Below are positions 9,311 through 18,516 of a stretch of DNA of 41,629 bases, in pieces. A program made the translations under genes and the position numbers. This DNA comes from Hormoscilla sp. (GTDB lineage Bacteria; Cyanobacteriota; Cyanobacteriia; Cyanobacteriales; Desertifilaceae). The number at the start of each line of letters is the position of its first letter. Positions within the stretch are counted from its first letter, which is position 1. The stretch is from positions 1-41,629 of the forward strand of contig JBFRWI010000161.1 of NCBI GenBank assembly GCA_051439505.1, written 5' to 3'. The notes below the pieces were generated by a model. It saw nothing but the letters and a program-made list of their open reading frames with translations. It made no database searches and had not been told where the DNA came from.

Positions 9311-10249
9311 TCACTCGTAGCCAAACTCTTGAGCCAACTTAATAACAGGTCTCAGAAATCCTTTGTTGTCTTGACGCCAAGGCAAAGGCCCTTCAAGCTG
9401 ACTGTAAGTGACAGGTCTGTAACGATAAGCTGGTGACTTCATAAAGTTGGGGTCGTTGCCCATATGCGCGCCGTAGGGTCCAAAACAAGCGTAGGGAGAA
9501 TCATCAGGATGCAACATAGTCTCCAAGATTGATTCATCCCAGGCAAAGTTTAACCATTGACAGATATTGGCGAAATGCGATCGCGGATCGTTTAACAAGT
9601 CCTCCCCACGCAGACGCATTTGTCTCTCGGCAGGAACCGTGCTTAAAAAGTCCAAAATGTTACGTTGAGTTCGGTACCACAAATATTGGGGATCTCTCCT
9701 GGATAAATTCGTCGAATGCTCGCGAGCCAGAGTTTCAAAAGCTGTACTCTCAAAAGCAAGCTTCCGGGATGATTGTAGAGATAACATCTTCATGACGGAT
9801 TCTCCATGGGTTCTCGGGTGGCGAATCAGGTGAAGATAGTGAGCATTAGGGAAAGTCTTGGCGATGCGAGGGAGCTTTTCTGGTTTACTCGAATACATGG
9901 GACTTTTATCTACTATTCTCAAAGGCGCGACTTGAGCACATAACTCCCAATAAATCTCTCCTGTACTGTGGTCTAATCTGTTCAAAAGCCAACGATGAGC
10001 CATTCCCACTGACTCAATGGTTTGTTCGCCGGCATAGAGTTGGGAAACAGTACGCAACAGACCACTGAGTCGTCTACGCTCTATAATTGCCCAGAGGTAA
10101 GCATCGATCAGCTCCTTGAGCGTATCAGAGAAAAACAGATTCAACTCCGGTACTCCATAGGCTTCGGGATGCTGACCCAGCATGGTAGAAATGAGGGAAG
10201 TGAAAGAACGTGGCGCGGCGAGAATGAAGATGGGCTCTCGAACTGACAT
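9311..10249 (-). CDS. Sulfotransferase family protein (PAPS-dependent)
   Basis: 5'-PSB-like motif PIFILAAPRSFTS, VDKSP, 3'-PB-like HLIRHPR...S, C-terminal AQEFGY. Confidence 0.88.
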   Translation of the reverse strand: MSVREPIFILAAPRSFTSLISTMLGQHPEAYGVPELNLFFSDTLKELIDAYLWAIIERRRLSGLLRTVSQLYAGEQTIESVGMAHRWLLNRLDHSTGEIYWELCAQVAPLRIVDKSPMYSSKPEKLPRIAKTFPNAHYLHLIRHPRTHGESVMKMLSLQSSRKLAFESTAFETLAREHSTNLSRRDPQYLWYRTQRNILDFLSTVPAERQMRLRGEDLLNDPRSHFANICQWLNFAWDESILETMLHPDDSPYACFGPYGAHMGNDPNFMKSPAYRYRPVTYSQLEGPLPWRQDNKGFLRPVIKLAQEFGYE

Positions 10250-10280
10250 ATTCGCATTAAAAACTAAATTTTTAACTTAA

Positions 10281-11360
10281 GTGAGCGCAATGCTGCTAAA
10301 TATGATATTATCACAGCAGTACAGATTTGATGAGGATGAAAATTTGTCAGATTACGAATCGACATGCAGCTTTTATCTCCCATCTGAGGCCGAACAAACT
10401 CCCGTAGGCGTTGTGGCTGATATTAAACTAACAGACCACAGGCGAGACCGGGAGGTACCAGTCAAGATTTACTATCCTGATGCAGATGGTACATTCCCGG
10501 TGATACTATTTTCTCACGGTACAGGGGGCTCCCAGGAAACCTTTGCCCATCTTAGTCGCTTTTGGTCTAGTTATGGATATGTCTGTATCCATCCTACCCA
10601 TTTGGGGAGTGACACCGGGGCTTTAAAAACACACGGTTTTCTCGACTTGATGGAGATAACCAGGACTCCGAAAGTATTGCAAGACCGCCCCCAGGATATA
10701 TCATATATAATAGACTCTCTCGATGAACTGGAACAACTGGTCCCACAACTGACAGGGAAAATGGAACGAGGGGCGATCGGGGTAGGAGGTCATTCCGCCG
10801 GTGCCTATACAACCATGTTACTGGCCGGCGCGTCAGCAACCATGCCATCGGGAGAAAAAGTAAATTTAAGAGACTCCCGTGTCCGGTCGTTTTTGGCGAT
10901 ATCTCCCCAAGGAACCACTCCCCCTGGTTTTGATAAGTATTTGTGGGGTTTAGATGGAGATTCTTGGTCCAAAATTGCCGCTCCGATGATGACAGTGAGC
11001 GGTTCCAAAGACAAAGGATGGGAAGGAAGACCGCCATCATGGAAAGTAGAAGCATTCAATAATATGCCTCGGGGGGATAAATATCATCTCTTGATTCAAG
11101 GTGCTGGGCACTTTGCTTACGATAACTCTGACGCTCTGGGCATAAATAACGAGCGGATAAAAACTGGAGCAAATCAAATAGCCCTGGCGAGGAAAAAAAA
11201 GTGGTTAGAGAGGAAAAAACAGATCCACTTATATCTGCAAAGAACAAGTATAGCGTTTTGGGATGCACATCTAAAATCAAAAGAATTGGCAAAAAAATAT
11301 CTCATGTCCGATGGCATGAAAACATCTAGTGACGGAGCGGCAGAAATTTATTTTAAGTGA
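10281..11360 (+). CDS. Alpha/beta hydrolase (dienelactone hydrolase/PAF-AH-like); true start probably somewhat downstream
   Basis: PVILFSHGTGG, DRPQDIS, nucleophile elbow GHSAG, GSKD, GAGHFAY. Confidence 0.88.
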   Translation: MSAMLLNMILSQQYRFDEDENLSDYESTCSFYLPSEAEQTPVGVVADIKLTDHRRDREVPVKIYYPDADGTFPVILFSHGTGGSQETFAHLSRFWSSYGYVCIHPTHLGSDTGALKTHGFLDLMEITRTPKVLQDRPQDISYIIDSLDELEQLVPQLTGKMERGAIGVGGHSAGAYTTMLLAGASATMPSGEKVNLRDSRVRSFLAISPQGTTPPGFDKYLWGLDGDSWSKIAAPMMTVSGSKDKGWEGRPPSWKVEAFNNMPRGDKYHLLIQGAGHFAYDNSDALGINNERIKTGANQIALARKKKWLERKKQIHLYLQRTSIAFWDAHLKSKELAKKYLMSDGMKTSSDGAAEIYFK

Positions 11361-11367
11361 TAGTGAT

Positions 11368-12822
11368 ATGAAGATTGTTAATCCCGAACCGAAACCAGGT
11401 CTGAGGAACAGTAACTTTCGGAAAATTTGTGAAAATGGTTTCGGCGATCGCAACAACTCCTATGCCCATTCTATGGCTTGGTTTCAAGACCATCTGTACG
11501 TAGGCACCACTCGGGCAAATTTATGTTTGATTCGCCACGGGATGCCACAGATTAAAATGGACGTATGGCCTGTTGAATGTCCCAATCCAGTATATTCCCC
11601 TGAATTTGAACGGACTGAAGCTAGGGCGGAAATATGGCGCTACGATCCCCCTAATGACCATTGGGAAAGACTGTTTCAGGCCCCGATGATTATTGGTAGT
11701 GAAGGAGAACCAATCAGTCGCGAACTTGGCTATCGTGGGATGGTGGTGTTTCAGGGAAAATCAGATAGTAAACCAGCCTTATATACGACTACTTGGTCCC
11801 GTTCTCGCGGTCCTGGTTCCCTGATTCTGCGATCGGATGGTGGTCAAAATTTTGTGACGGTATCTAAACCGGGATTGATCGGTCTGCCCATTACCAGTCT
11901 GCGATCGCTCGTTCCCTTCAAAGGAAGACTGTTTACTGCACCCACAGGTGCGGCCCGAGGCAATGCTAACACATCTGGTGTTCCGGTGATTTATGAAAGC
12001 AGCGACCCTGCCAAAGGAGAGTGGCAACCTGCAAACGAACCCGGATTTGGAGACCTGAATAATCGGACAATCTTTGAGTTACGAGGTTTCGGTGACTACC
12101 TCTACGCTGGGACTTTCAACAATAACGGTTTTCAAATTTGGCGGACAAAAGCAGAAGGAAAACCTCCCTATGATTGGACCAATATCATTACCAATGGTGC
12201 TGGTCGTGGCAGTCTCAATCAGGTTGCTGGCAGCATGATAGTCTTCAAAGATGCTCTCTATGTGGGCACGGGCATTCAAAATGGCGGTTACGATCGCCTG
12301 AATAATATCGGTCCGGCTGGAGCGGAAATTATCAGAATACATGATGATAATACCTGGGAAGTGGTGGTGGGAGAAAAGCGAAATGGGAAACGTCCCTTAA
12401 GTGGGATATATGCTGGATTTAATAGTATTTGTAACGGTTATGTCTGGAAAATGTGCGTTCATGATGGTTGGCTTTATGCAGGAACTTTTGACTGGAGCGT
12501 GAGCGCCAGTTTCACGAAGCTAGAAAACAAGCCAGAAAGACTAGCAAGGTTGCTAGGAAAGGTAGGGATAGAAAACATAGTGGAAAATCAAGGTGGTTGC
12601 GAGTTATGGCGTTCCTATGATGGCGAAAACTGGCTGCCAGTCAACCGCCAAGGATTTGGAAATCCATATAACTATGGATTTCGCAACATGGTTTCTACGC
12701 CCTATGGTCTGTTTATCGGGACCGCCAACCCTTATGGTCCCAAGGTAGCAAAGAAGATAGACGACCAATGGACCTATGTAGATAATCCTGATGGCGGTCT
12801 AGAAATATGGCTAGGCAAGTAA
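11368..12822 (+). CDS. Uncharacterised beta-propeller-like repeat protein (start reassigned to ATG 11368)
   Basis: Repeated GFG..N....(M)..F...LY.GT units (e.g. NGFGDRNNSYAHSMAWFQDHLYVGT, PGFGDLNNRTIFELRGFGDYLYAGT, QGFGNPYNYGFRNM); Asp-box-like RSDGG and RSYDGENW. Confidence 0.8.
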   Translation: MKIVNPEPKPGLRNSNFRKICENGFGDRNNSYAHSMAWFQDHLYVGTTRANLCLIRHGMPQIKMDVWPVECPNPVYSPEFERTEARAEIWRYDPPNDHWERLFQAPMIIGSEGEPISRELGYRGMVVFQGKSDSKPALYTTTWSRSRGPGSLILRSDGGQNFVTVSKPGLIGLPITSLRSLVPFKGRLFTAPTGAARGNANTSGVPVIYESSDPAKGEWQPANEPGFGDLNNRTIFELRGFGDYLYAGTFNNNGFQIWRTKAEGKPPYDWTNIITNGAGRGSLNQVAGSMIVFKDALYVGTGIQNGGYDRLNNIGPAGAEIIRIHDDNTWEVVVGEKRNGKRPLSGIYAGFNSICNGYVWKMCVHDGWLYAGTFDWSVSASFTKLENKPERLARLLGKVGIENIVENQGGCELWRSYDGENWLPVNRQGFGNPYNYGFRNMVSTPYGLFIGTANPYGPKVAKKIDDQWTYVDNPDGGLEIWLGK

Positions 12823-12937
12823 AAGATGTCTGGTTAGTGGATGTTTGCTCTTGTTGAGAATCAGAGGACCAGACAATATCCCTATAGGGGAGCTATAATA
12901 TTTTGTAGTACCTCTAAGATTACAGCTAGGAAAGTCT

Positions 12938-14014
12938 ATGAACCCTACCATTCGTCGCCTCTCTTTACTCATGCTAGCAGCCCAGAGTTTGGTATTATCC
13001 TCAGTCGCTAGTTGTTCCTCCGAGTTCCAGGGACAGGCTTATAGCGCTCTGGCCCCAGAGATCGCTGAGGTGAAAAACATGATTGATAATTATATACAGA
13101 CCGATCGCCTCCAGGGGGCCGCTTTACTCCTGGTCAAAGATAATCAGATAATTTATTCCGGTGCCTTCGGCGAGTACAGCGAGAACACAGTCGTACCCAT
13201 TGCTTCTGCTAGCAAGTGGCTCTCCGCAGCAGTGGTCATGACACTGGTGGACGATCGCACGATCGCTCTAGACGATCGGGTCGGGCAATACCTGCCCAAC
13301 TTTACTGGCGAAAAGGGAAGCATCACTATCCGCCAGTTGCTCTCCCATACATCGGGACTCCCCACCAAGCACCGATGTCTGAGCGATCGCTTCATTACCC
13401 TGGCGGAATGCGTTAACCAGATATCCCAGACTCCATTGCTAGCATATCCAGGCACGGAGTTCAACTACGGCGGCGTCTCTTTTCAAGTCGCCGGTCGAGT
13501 AGCCGAAGTCGCTAGCGGTAAGTCCTGGAATACCTTGTTTGAGGAGAGAATTAAAAATCCCCTCAGCATGGTTGACACCAGCTACTATGCCACCCTCAAT
13601 CCGAATATTGGTGCGGGTGCAGTTTCCACAATTGGCGACTACAGAAACTTTTTGGAAATGATCCTTAATGGCGGTGTCTTCAACGGTTCTCAGGTGCTAT
13701 CGGGAGCATTAATTACCGAGATGGAACGCAATCACACCGATGGTGTTGAGATTGTTTTCTCCCCTCGGTTAGCCGCCGACAAAGAAGGCTACGGTCTCGG
13801 ACTCTGGCGCGATATCGTTGATAATAATGGTAGGTTAATCCAAGTCAGCTCTCCGGGAGCCTTTGGATTCACACCCTGGATCGATCGCCAGCGTAACCTG
13901 GTTGGTGTCTTCCTTGTCAAAGACAGGTTCCCTAACATTTATCAGCTAGTCCACAATATTCAAAAAATACTGCGGGATGCAATAGATAGCGAGCTAGCCA
14001 CTAGCAATAGCTAA
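12938..14014 (+). CDS. Serine hydrolase, beta-lactamase class C/AmpC-like fold, probable lipoprotein
   Basis: SxxK motif IASASKW, LLSHTSG, PGTEFNYG; signal peptide ending in lipobox-like VASC. Confidence 0.88.
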   Translation: MNPTIRRLSLLMLAAQSLVLSSVASCSSEFQGQAYSALAPEIAEVKNMIDNYIQTDRLQGAALLLVKDNQIIYSGAFGEYSENTVVPIASASKWLSAAVVMTLVDDRTIALDDRVGQYLPNFTGEKGSITIRQLLSHTSGLPTKHRCLSDRFITLAECVNQISQTPLLAYPGTEFNYGGVSFQVAGRVAEVASGKSWNTLFEERIKNPLSMVDTSYYATLNPNIGAGAVSTIGDYRNFLEMILNGGVFNGSQVLSGALITEMERNHTDGVEIVFSPRLAADKEGYGLGLWRDIVDNNGRLIQVSSPGAFGFTPWIDRQRNLVGVFLVKDRFPNIYQLVHNIQKILRDAIDSELATSNS

Positions 14015-14016
14015 TT

Positions 14017-14131
14017 GCTATAGCATTTCTCAAGCTAATGAGGTACAGGCTCGTCGAGCCCCCCAACCCCCCGAGATCGCGAGGGATTTAGGGAGATTAT
14101 GGATGTACCTCACGGTGAAAACCGCTATAGC
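14017..14131. mobile_element. MITE-like inverted-repeat element between two convergent genes
   Basis: GCTATAGC palindrome at both ends, inner arms TGAGGTACA / TGTACCTCA; the right end supplies the stop codon of the minus-strand ORF. Confidence 0.55.
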
Positions 14132-15327
14132 AATACTCCAGCAGTAAACGGAACAAAAGTTAGCTCATCTAAGCTAGTCACGACATTGTCCAAAATAGCT
14201 AAAATTTGGTTCGTATCCAGCAGTTTAATCAATGTGTCTCCCCCTTCAACCGATACTCCTAACTGCTCAATCGTTAAGCCCTCTGATAGCCCTAGCCTAT
14301 CTTCGCCAATCTGGTAGTCACGAATTGTGTCCCTACCTTTGCCAACCTCTAGGACAAACAAGTCATTGCCACGTTGTCCGTATAACTTATCTTGACCAGC
14401 ACCACCGATCAGAATATCTGCGCCATTCTCCCCGTAGAGAATATCTCGACCAGCACCACCGATCAGAGTGTCTGCATTTTGTCCTCCAGCTATGCGGTCA
14501 CGATCGTCACTACCAAATAGCAAATCCCGATCGCGGGTTCCTAGCAACATATTAGGACCTTCAGTACTGATAAATTCTCCGAATTCATGTTCAAAGTCCA
14601 CAAACGGCACAAAAGTCAGCTCATCTAAGCTAGCCGTTACATTGTCCAAAATAGCTAGAATTTGGTTGGACTCCAGCAGTTTAATCAATGTGTCTCCCCG
14701 TTCCACCGATACTCCTAACTGCTCAATTGTTAAGCTCTCTGATAGCCCTAGCCTATCTTCGCCAATCTGGTAGTTACGAATTGTGTCCCTACCTTTGCCA
14801 ACCTCTAGGACAAACAAGTCATTGCCACCCTGTCCGTATAATTTATCTTGACCAGCACCACCGATCAGAGTGTCTGCGCCATCATCCCCGTGGAGAAAAT
14901 CTCGACCAGCACCACCGATCAGAGTGTCTGCCTTTGGTCCTCCAACCATGCTGTCACTACCACCACCACCAGATAGCAAATCAACATTACGGGTTCCTAG
15001 CAACACATCATGACCTTCAGTACCAATAAATACTCGGAATTCAGACTCGAACTCCACTACAGCCATCCGGGATACTTGCCCCTTTACTGGAACAGCATCA
15101 GATACTTCATGAGAAGTTAAATCAATTCTTATAGCCCCTTCATCAGAATGGGTAAAGAAATAGCTACTGTCAATCTCACCTCGTCGTGAGGAGATGGTTA
15201 AATTTCCCACTTCAATGTAATCAACCTCATTAGTAATTAGGTTTAAAACTGCGACATTATCCCCCGACGTTTGAGGTATCCAAGCTTCCCAATCTATAAC
15301 ATCTCGATAAAAATGGGTGCCATTCAC
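14125..15327 (-). CDS. C-terminal part of a YncE/YVTN-like propeller plus RTX (hemolysin-type Ca-binding) repeats; probably a frameshifted continuation of 15324-16181
   Basis: GGAGRDxLxG nonapeptides; two 152-aa duplicated modules; starts with GTG overlapping the upstream TGA in the middle of the propeller. Confidence 0.75.
   Translation of the reverse strand: MNGTHFYRDVIDWEAWIPQTSGDNVAVLNLITNEVDYIEVGNLTISSRRGEIDSSYFFTHSDEGAIRIDLTSHEVSDAVPVKGQVSRMAVVEFESEFRVFIGTEGHDVLLGTRNVDLLSGGGGSDSMVGGPKADTLIGGAGRDFLHGDDGADTLIGGAGQDKLYGQGGNDLFVLEVGKGRDTIRNYQIGEDRLGLSESLTIEQLGVSVERGDTLIKLLESNQILAILDNVTASLDELTFVPFVDFEHEFGEFISTEGPNMLLGTRDRDLLFGSDDRDRIAGGQNADTLIGGAGRDILYGENGADILIGGAGQDKLYGQRGNDLFVLEVGKGRDTIRDYQIGEDRLGLSEGLTIEQLGVSVEGGDTLIKLLDTNQILAILDNVVTSLDELTFVPFTAGVLL
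14146..15006. repeat. Intragenic tandem duplication, period 456 bp (152 aa)
   Basis: 14146-14550 aligns to 14602-15006 at a constant 456-nt offset (checked at three anchors). Confidence 0.9.
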
Positions 15328-16181
15328 ACTTCACCGCCAATCGTTACTTGAGCGTCAAATGCCGGTTGAGTGTGAGTCTCAAGTGCAGTATTCCAAATAC
15401 CAATATCATTCTCTTCAGCTCCAGCATTGAGAATAAGAATATACTGCTGATTGGGACTATAAGCATGTCTCCCGAAAATGGGGTATCGATCGAGCACAAC
15501 CTCATTCGTGCTGGTGTCAATGAAAGAATATCCAGCATCACCAGTTAGTTGAAAAAAGGCCAGCCCAGTGGCGGGGTTATAGCCTTTGTCATGGGTACCA
15601 ATGTCAGGATTACCACCGGCAATTTCGATGGGGGGACCAACTTCCCGTGTTTCCAGATTGACGGGAAACACGGCTGGATCTCGGGTGGTGGTCGCATAAG
15701 CATTAGATCCTAAACCTGGTGCTAATAGCAGCTTGCCATGCCCCTCTCCTGTTCTGCTAGCGGAAATTAGCTCGGAGACTTCCAGCGTATTTTGATCGAT
15801 GACATTAAACCCACCATCGCCATCAACGTGAACCCAGACTTCCTCTTCGTATATATAACTATGTAAGGGGCGATCGTCTACATCTAAAATAGTTTCAACT
15901 TCGCGAGCCTCTGTATTGATTACTACTACCTTATCTGCATTTGTGGCGTTCGCGAAGATCCGACTACCGTCATTGCTAACAAGGGCATCTCCCCAAGCTG
16001 GGCCTTCACCATTCCCTCCTTCATTTTCTGGCGCGGTAATGACTGAGATATCATCGAACGTCAATTCTTTTACGATCTCAAATTCATCGTTTTCACTATC
16101 TACGATTGTGACGCCGTGGGTGTTGGTCTCTGTGTCTTGCCAAAAATAGTAAACTTCACTCGATGCCGTGTTGATGTTCAT
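15324..16181 (-). CDS. N-terminal part of a YncE/YVTN-like beta-propeller protein
   Basis: Propeller blades such as DGSRIFANATNADKVVVINT...VETILDVDDRPLHS; several His (GHGK, GTHD); no signal peptide. Confidence 0.75.
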   Translation of the reverse strand: MNINTASSEVYYFWQDTETNTHGVTIVDSENDEFEIVKELTFDDISVITAPENEGGNGEGPAWGDALVSNDGSRIFANATNADKVVVINTEAREVETILDVDDRPLHSYIYEEEVWVHVDGDGGFNVIDQNTLEVSELISASRTGEGHGKLLLAPGLGSNAYATTTRDPAVFPVNLETREVGPPIEIAGGNPDIGTHDKGYNPATGLAFFQLTGDAGYSFIDTSTNEVVLDRYPIFGRHAYSPNQQYILILNAGAEENDIGIWNTALETHTQPAFDAQVTIGGEV

Positions 16182-16330
16182 AGTTTTCTAATTCATGAAT
16201 TTACCTCTTGAGATCTACAACTTCTTCCTCGTCCGCACCAGTAAAGGATGCCGGACTGGTGCAGAAAGATCTCCGAACTCACGTCGGGTCAGGGTTTGGG
16301 GAGGCGTTGCACCCGAAGTTACTTCCCTTT

Positions 16331-16466
16331 GGGTGCATCCCAGTTTTGCTTCTTGAAAATTGAAAATTGAAAATTGAGCAATTTTGCTATTTTCCATTCT
16401 CCATTCGCAATTGGACATTCGCAATTAGCAGGATTTAATGCCAAAGCGCAAAAGTGGGATGCTCCC
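16331..16466. mobile_element. MITE-like element with 19-bp inverted repeats enclosing STRR heptamers
   Basis: GGGTGCATCCCAGTTTTGC (16331-16349) versus GCAAAAGTGGGATGCTCCC (16448-16466), 17/19; internal TGAAAAT x3. Confidence 0.6.
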
Positions 16467-16482
16467 CTTCCCTTTCCCCATT

Positions 16483-18084
16483 CTACTCCAGATAACCTAG
16501 CATCTGCAACTGCGCGATAATTTTTTGTTTTTCCTCATCGCTAATCTCCTCTACAGACTCGGCACTTGCTTCTTTTTCCACTCCCGTTCCCTCACCCATA
16601 ACAACTGGGTTTGACATGAGATAATTTTCCGTGAAGAAACAATCCGCTACCACCCCTTCTTGAGCTGGCCCGATCGGCAAACCCAGACTGTAGAGTAAGG
16701 TAGCAGTCACATCCACAATATTGCGCCTTTCTGCCTTAAATCCCGACTTGATTCCCGCACCCCCTGCTAAGAAAATACCGTCCGGATGATGAGTGCCAAC
16801 GGGCACTGGACGTTGTTCCACTGCCGGTTGCACGTTATTAATGGAAACAAATCCATAGTCCCGCAGCACTAAAGTCAGGTCCGGCGCTTCTGCCACCGCC
16901 TCCCCAGAATAAATATCTTCCCGCTTGTAAATTCCTTGGAGAATCCTTTCTCCTGTCTCGGGATCTTGGAAACTTTCTAGATCCTCAATCAGGCGATCGC
17001 GGAACTCTTCGTATGCTTCTGGTTTAATCCCGGGGTCTCCAGGATTTCGGGCCACGCGGATCGTGATGCCGTTGCTAGAAGCGGTCCGACAGTAAGCGAG
17101 GGTCTTTTCCCAATCTAGGTTGGCAAACTTGCTAGCTTCCCGCCTTTTTTCCGCTTCACTATTATCGCCTTTTTTCCAGGCCAGATATCCTTTTTCTGCC
17201 AAGAAGGTATTGATGCGAACTACTTCCGTACTCGTCGTAAAGCCGTGATCGGAAGCCATAAATACTTGGGCCTCTGGCCCTGCGAGTTCTACCAACTTCT
17301 CAATATAGCCATCTAACTTGCGGAAATATTCTAACACCAATGCCCGCATCCGCTGCTGCCAAGAAGTAGGATTAGTTCTTACCAATGCCGGATCCAGAAA
17401 GTCCCAAATTTGGTGCTGAAGTTTGTCCGTGCCGTCAAACATCACTGCCATTAAGTCCGGGTTGTCCTCCCGCAGCAGTTTTGAGGCGATCGCGAACCAT
17501 TGTTCGTCTCGGGGGAGATGATATCGCACCCAATTTTCCAGATCCGACTCTGTCATTATTTCTCCAATTTGGTTTTCCCGATCGAAATCCCATGCTAACT
17601 CCTTGGGATTAAAATCGGGAATTTCCTTCAGTCGATCGTACAGATCTGGCGGTGTCGTATTGCGGCGCAGATGTTTCCAGGGAACGAAACCGGGTACCAA
17701 TGATCCCGCTATCTTTGGCGGTGGGGCCGTCATGGGAAAGTTTAAGGCCACAACAGTGCGATTTTGACGACTGGCAATGGTCCAAATTGTTTCTGTCCGG
17801 ATATCTCTGAAATCGTAGAGGGTAAAATATACATCATTTCCCTGTTCTTCCGCCCGCAGAAAATCATAGACACCATGATTTCCCGGACTCCTTCCGGTCA
17901 TCAGCGAACACCAGGCCGGAGGGGTGAGGGGGTTGGGCGTGGACCGCAATAAACTTGCTGTCCCCGTGGATATAAACTGCTTGAGAAATGGCATCGTTAC
18001 CCCTTCCTCTGGCAAGTCGCGAGTTAGTTCGTCTAGTACAGTAAATGTTGCACCATCAAGTCCTATGAATAAAGTCCGGGTCAT
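16483..18084 (-). CDS. Alkaline phosphatase superfamily protein (type I phosphodiesterase/nucleotide pyrophosphatase-like)
   Basis: IGLDGAT, LRSTPNPLTPPAW..LMTG, DKLQH, SDHGF, GTHHPDG, C-terminal LQMLGYLE. Confidence 0.9.
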   Translation of the reverse strand: MTRTLFIGLDGATFTVLDELTRDLPEEGVTMPFLKQFISTGTASLLRSTPNPLTPPAWCSLMTGRSPGNHGVYDFLRAEEQGNDVYFTLYDFRDIRTETIWTIASRQNRTVVALNFPMTAPPPKIAGSLVPGFVPWKHLRRNTTPPDLYDRLKEIPDFNPKELAWDFDRENQIGEIMTESDLENWVRYHLPRDEQWFAIASKLLREDNPDLMAVMFDGTDKLQHQIWDFLDPALVRTNPTSWQQRMRALVLEYFRKLDGYIEKLVELAGPEAQVFMASDHGFTTSTEVVRINTFLAEKGYLAWKKGDNSEAEKRREASKFANLDWEKTLAYCRTASSNGITIRVARNPGDPGIKPEAYEEFRDRLIEDLESFQDPETGERILQGIYKREDIYSGEAVAEAPDLTLVLRDYGFVSINNVQPAVEQRPVPVGTHHPDGIFLAGGAGIKSGFKAERRNIVDVTATLLYSLGLPIGPAQEGVVADCFFTENYLMSNPVVMGEGTGVEKEASAESVEEISDEEKQKIIAQLQMLGYLE

Positions 18085-18359
18085 TTTACCTTCTTCTCCA
18101 CAAATTTTGCTATTTCCTCTACCCCGAGGTCGTCTATATATCGCCCATTTTTCATCAGCAATTCATTAAATCCTAATTTCTGCTGAAAATGCTCTTCTAT
18201 AGCCACAACTAGCTGGATAATGTCAATTGAAACAAATCCCAGGTCTTCTACTATTTTAGTTGTCGGTAAAATTTCAATCTCGTCTATCTCCCAGTCTTGG
18301 GTTATATCTTTAAGTATTTCTATCAGTTCTGACTGAATTTCCCTTTCTGTCATTTGCAT
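18081..18359 (-). CDS. Stand-alone acyl carrier protein
   Basis: Acidic 92 aa; DLGFVSIDIIQLVVAIEEHF (Ppant Ser in a VS rather than DS context); overlaps the next gene by ATGA. Confidence 0.85.
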   Translation of the reverse strand: MQMTEREIQSELIEILKDITQDWEIDEIEILPTTKIVEDLGFVSIDIIQLVVAIEEHFQQKLGFNELLMKNGRYIDDLGVEEIAKFVEKKVK

Positions 18360-18374
18360 TTTTTTATCAGATGT

Positions 18375-18404
18375 CAGTTGTTAGTTGTTAGTTGTTAGTT
18401 GTTA
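18375..18404. repeat. STRR-type 7-bp tandem repeat (AGTTGTT) x4
   Basis: Directly visible. Confidence 0.9.
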
Positions 18405-18516
18405 TATACGATCTGGGCATTACCCACAATTTTTGAACCGATCTACTTTTACGACTATAGATGAACGCGAAACTAATAAACTCAAGTGGCTGTTGGGTTT
18501 CGTGCCCAGACCCAAC

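Noticed and set aside
12938..14014. Antibiotic-resistance beta-lactamase
   Set aside because: Only the SxxK fold is supported; the YxN and KTG motifs are altered, which fits an esterase/amidase-type serine hydrolase
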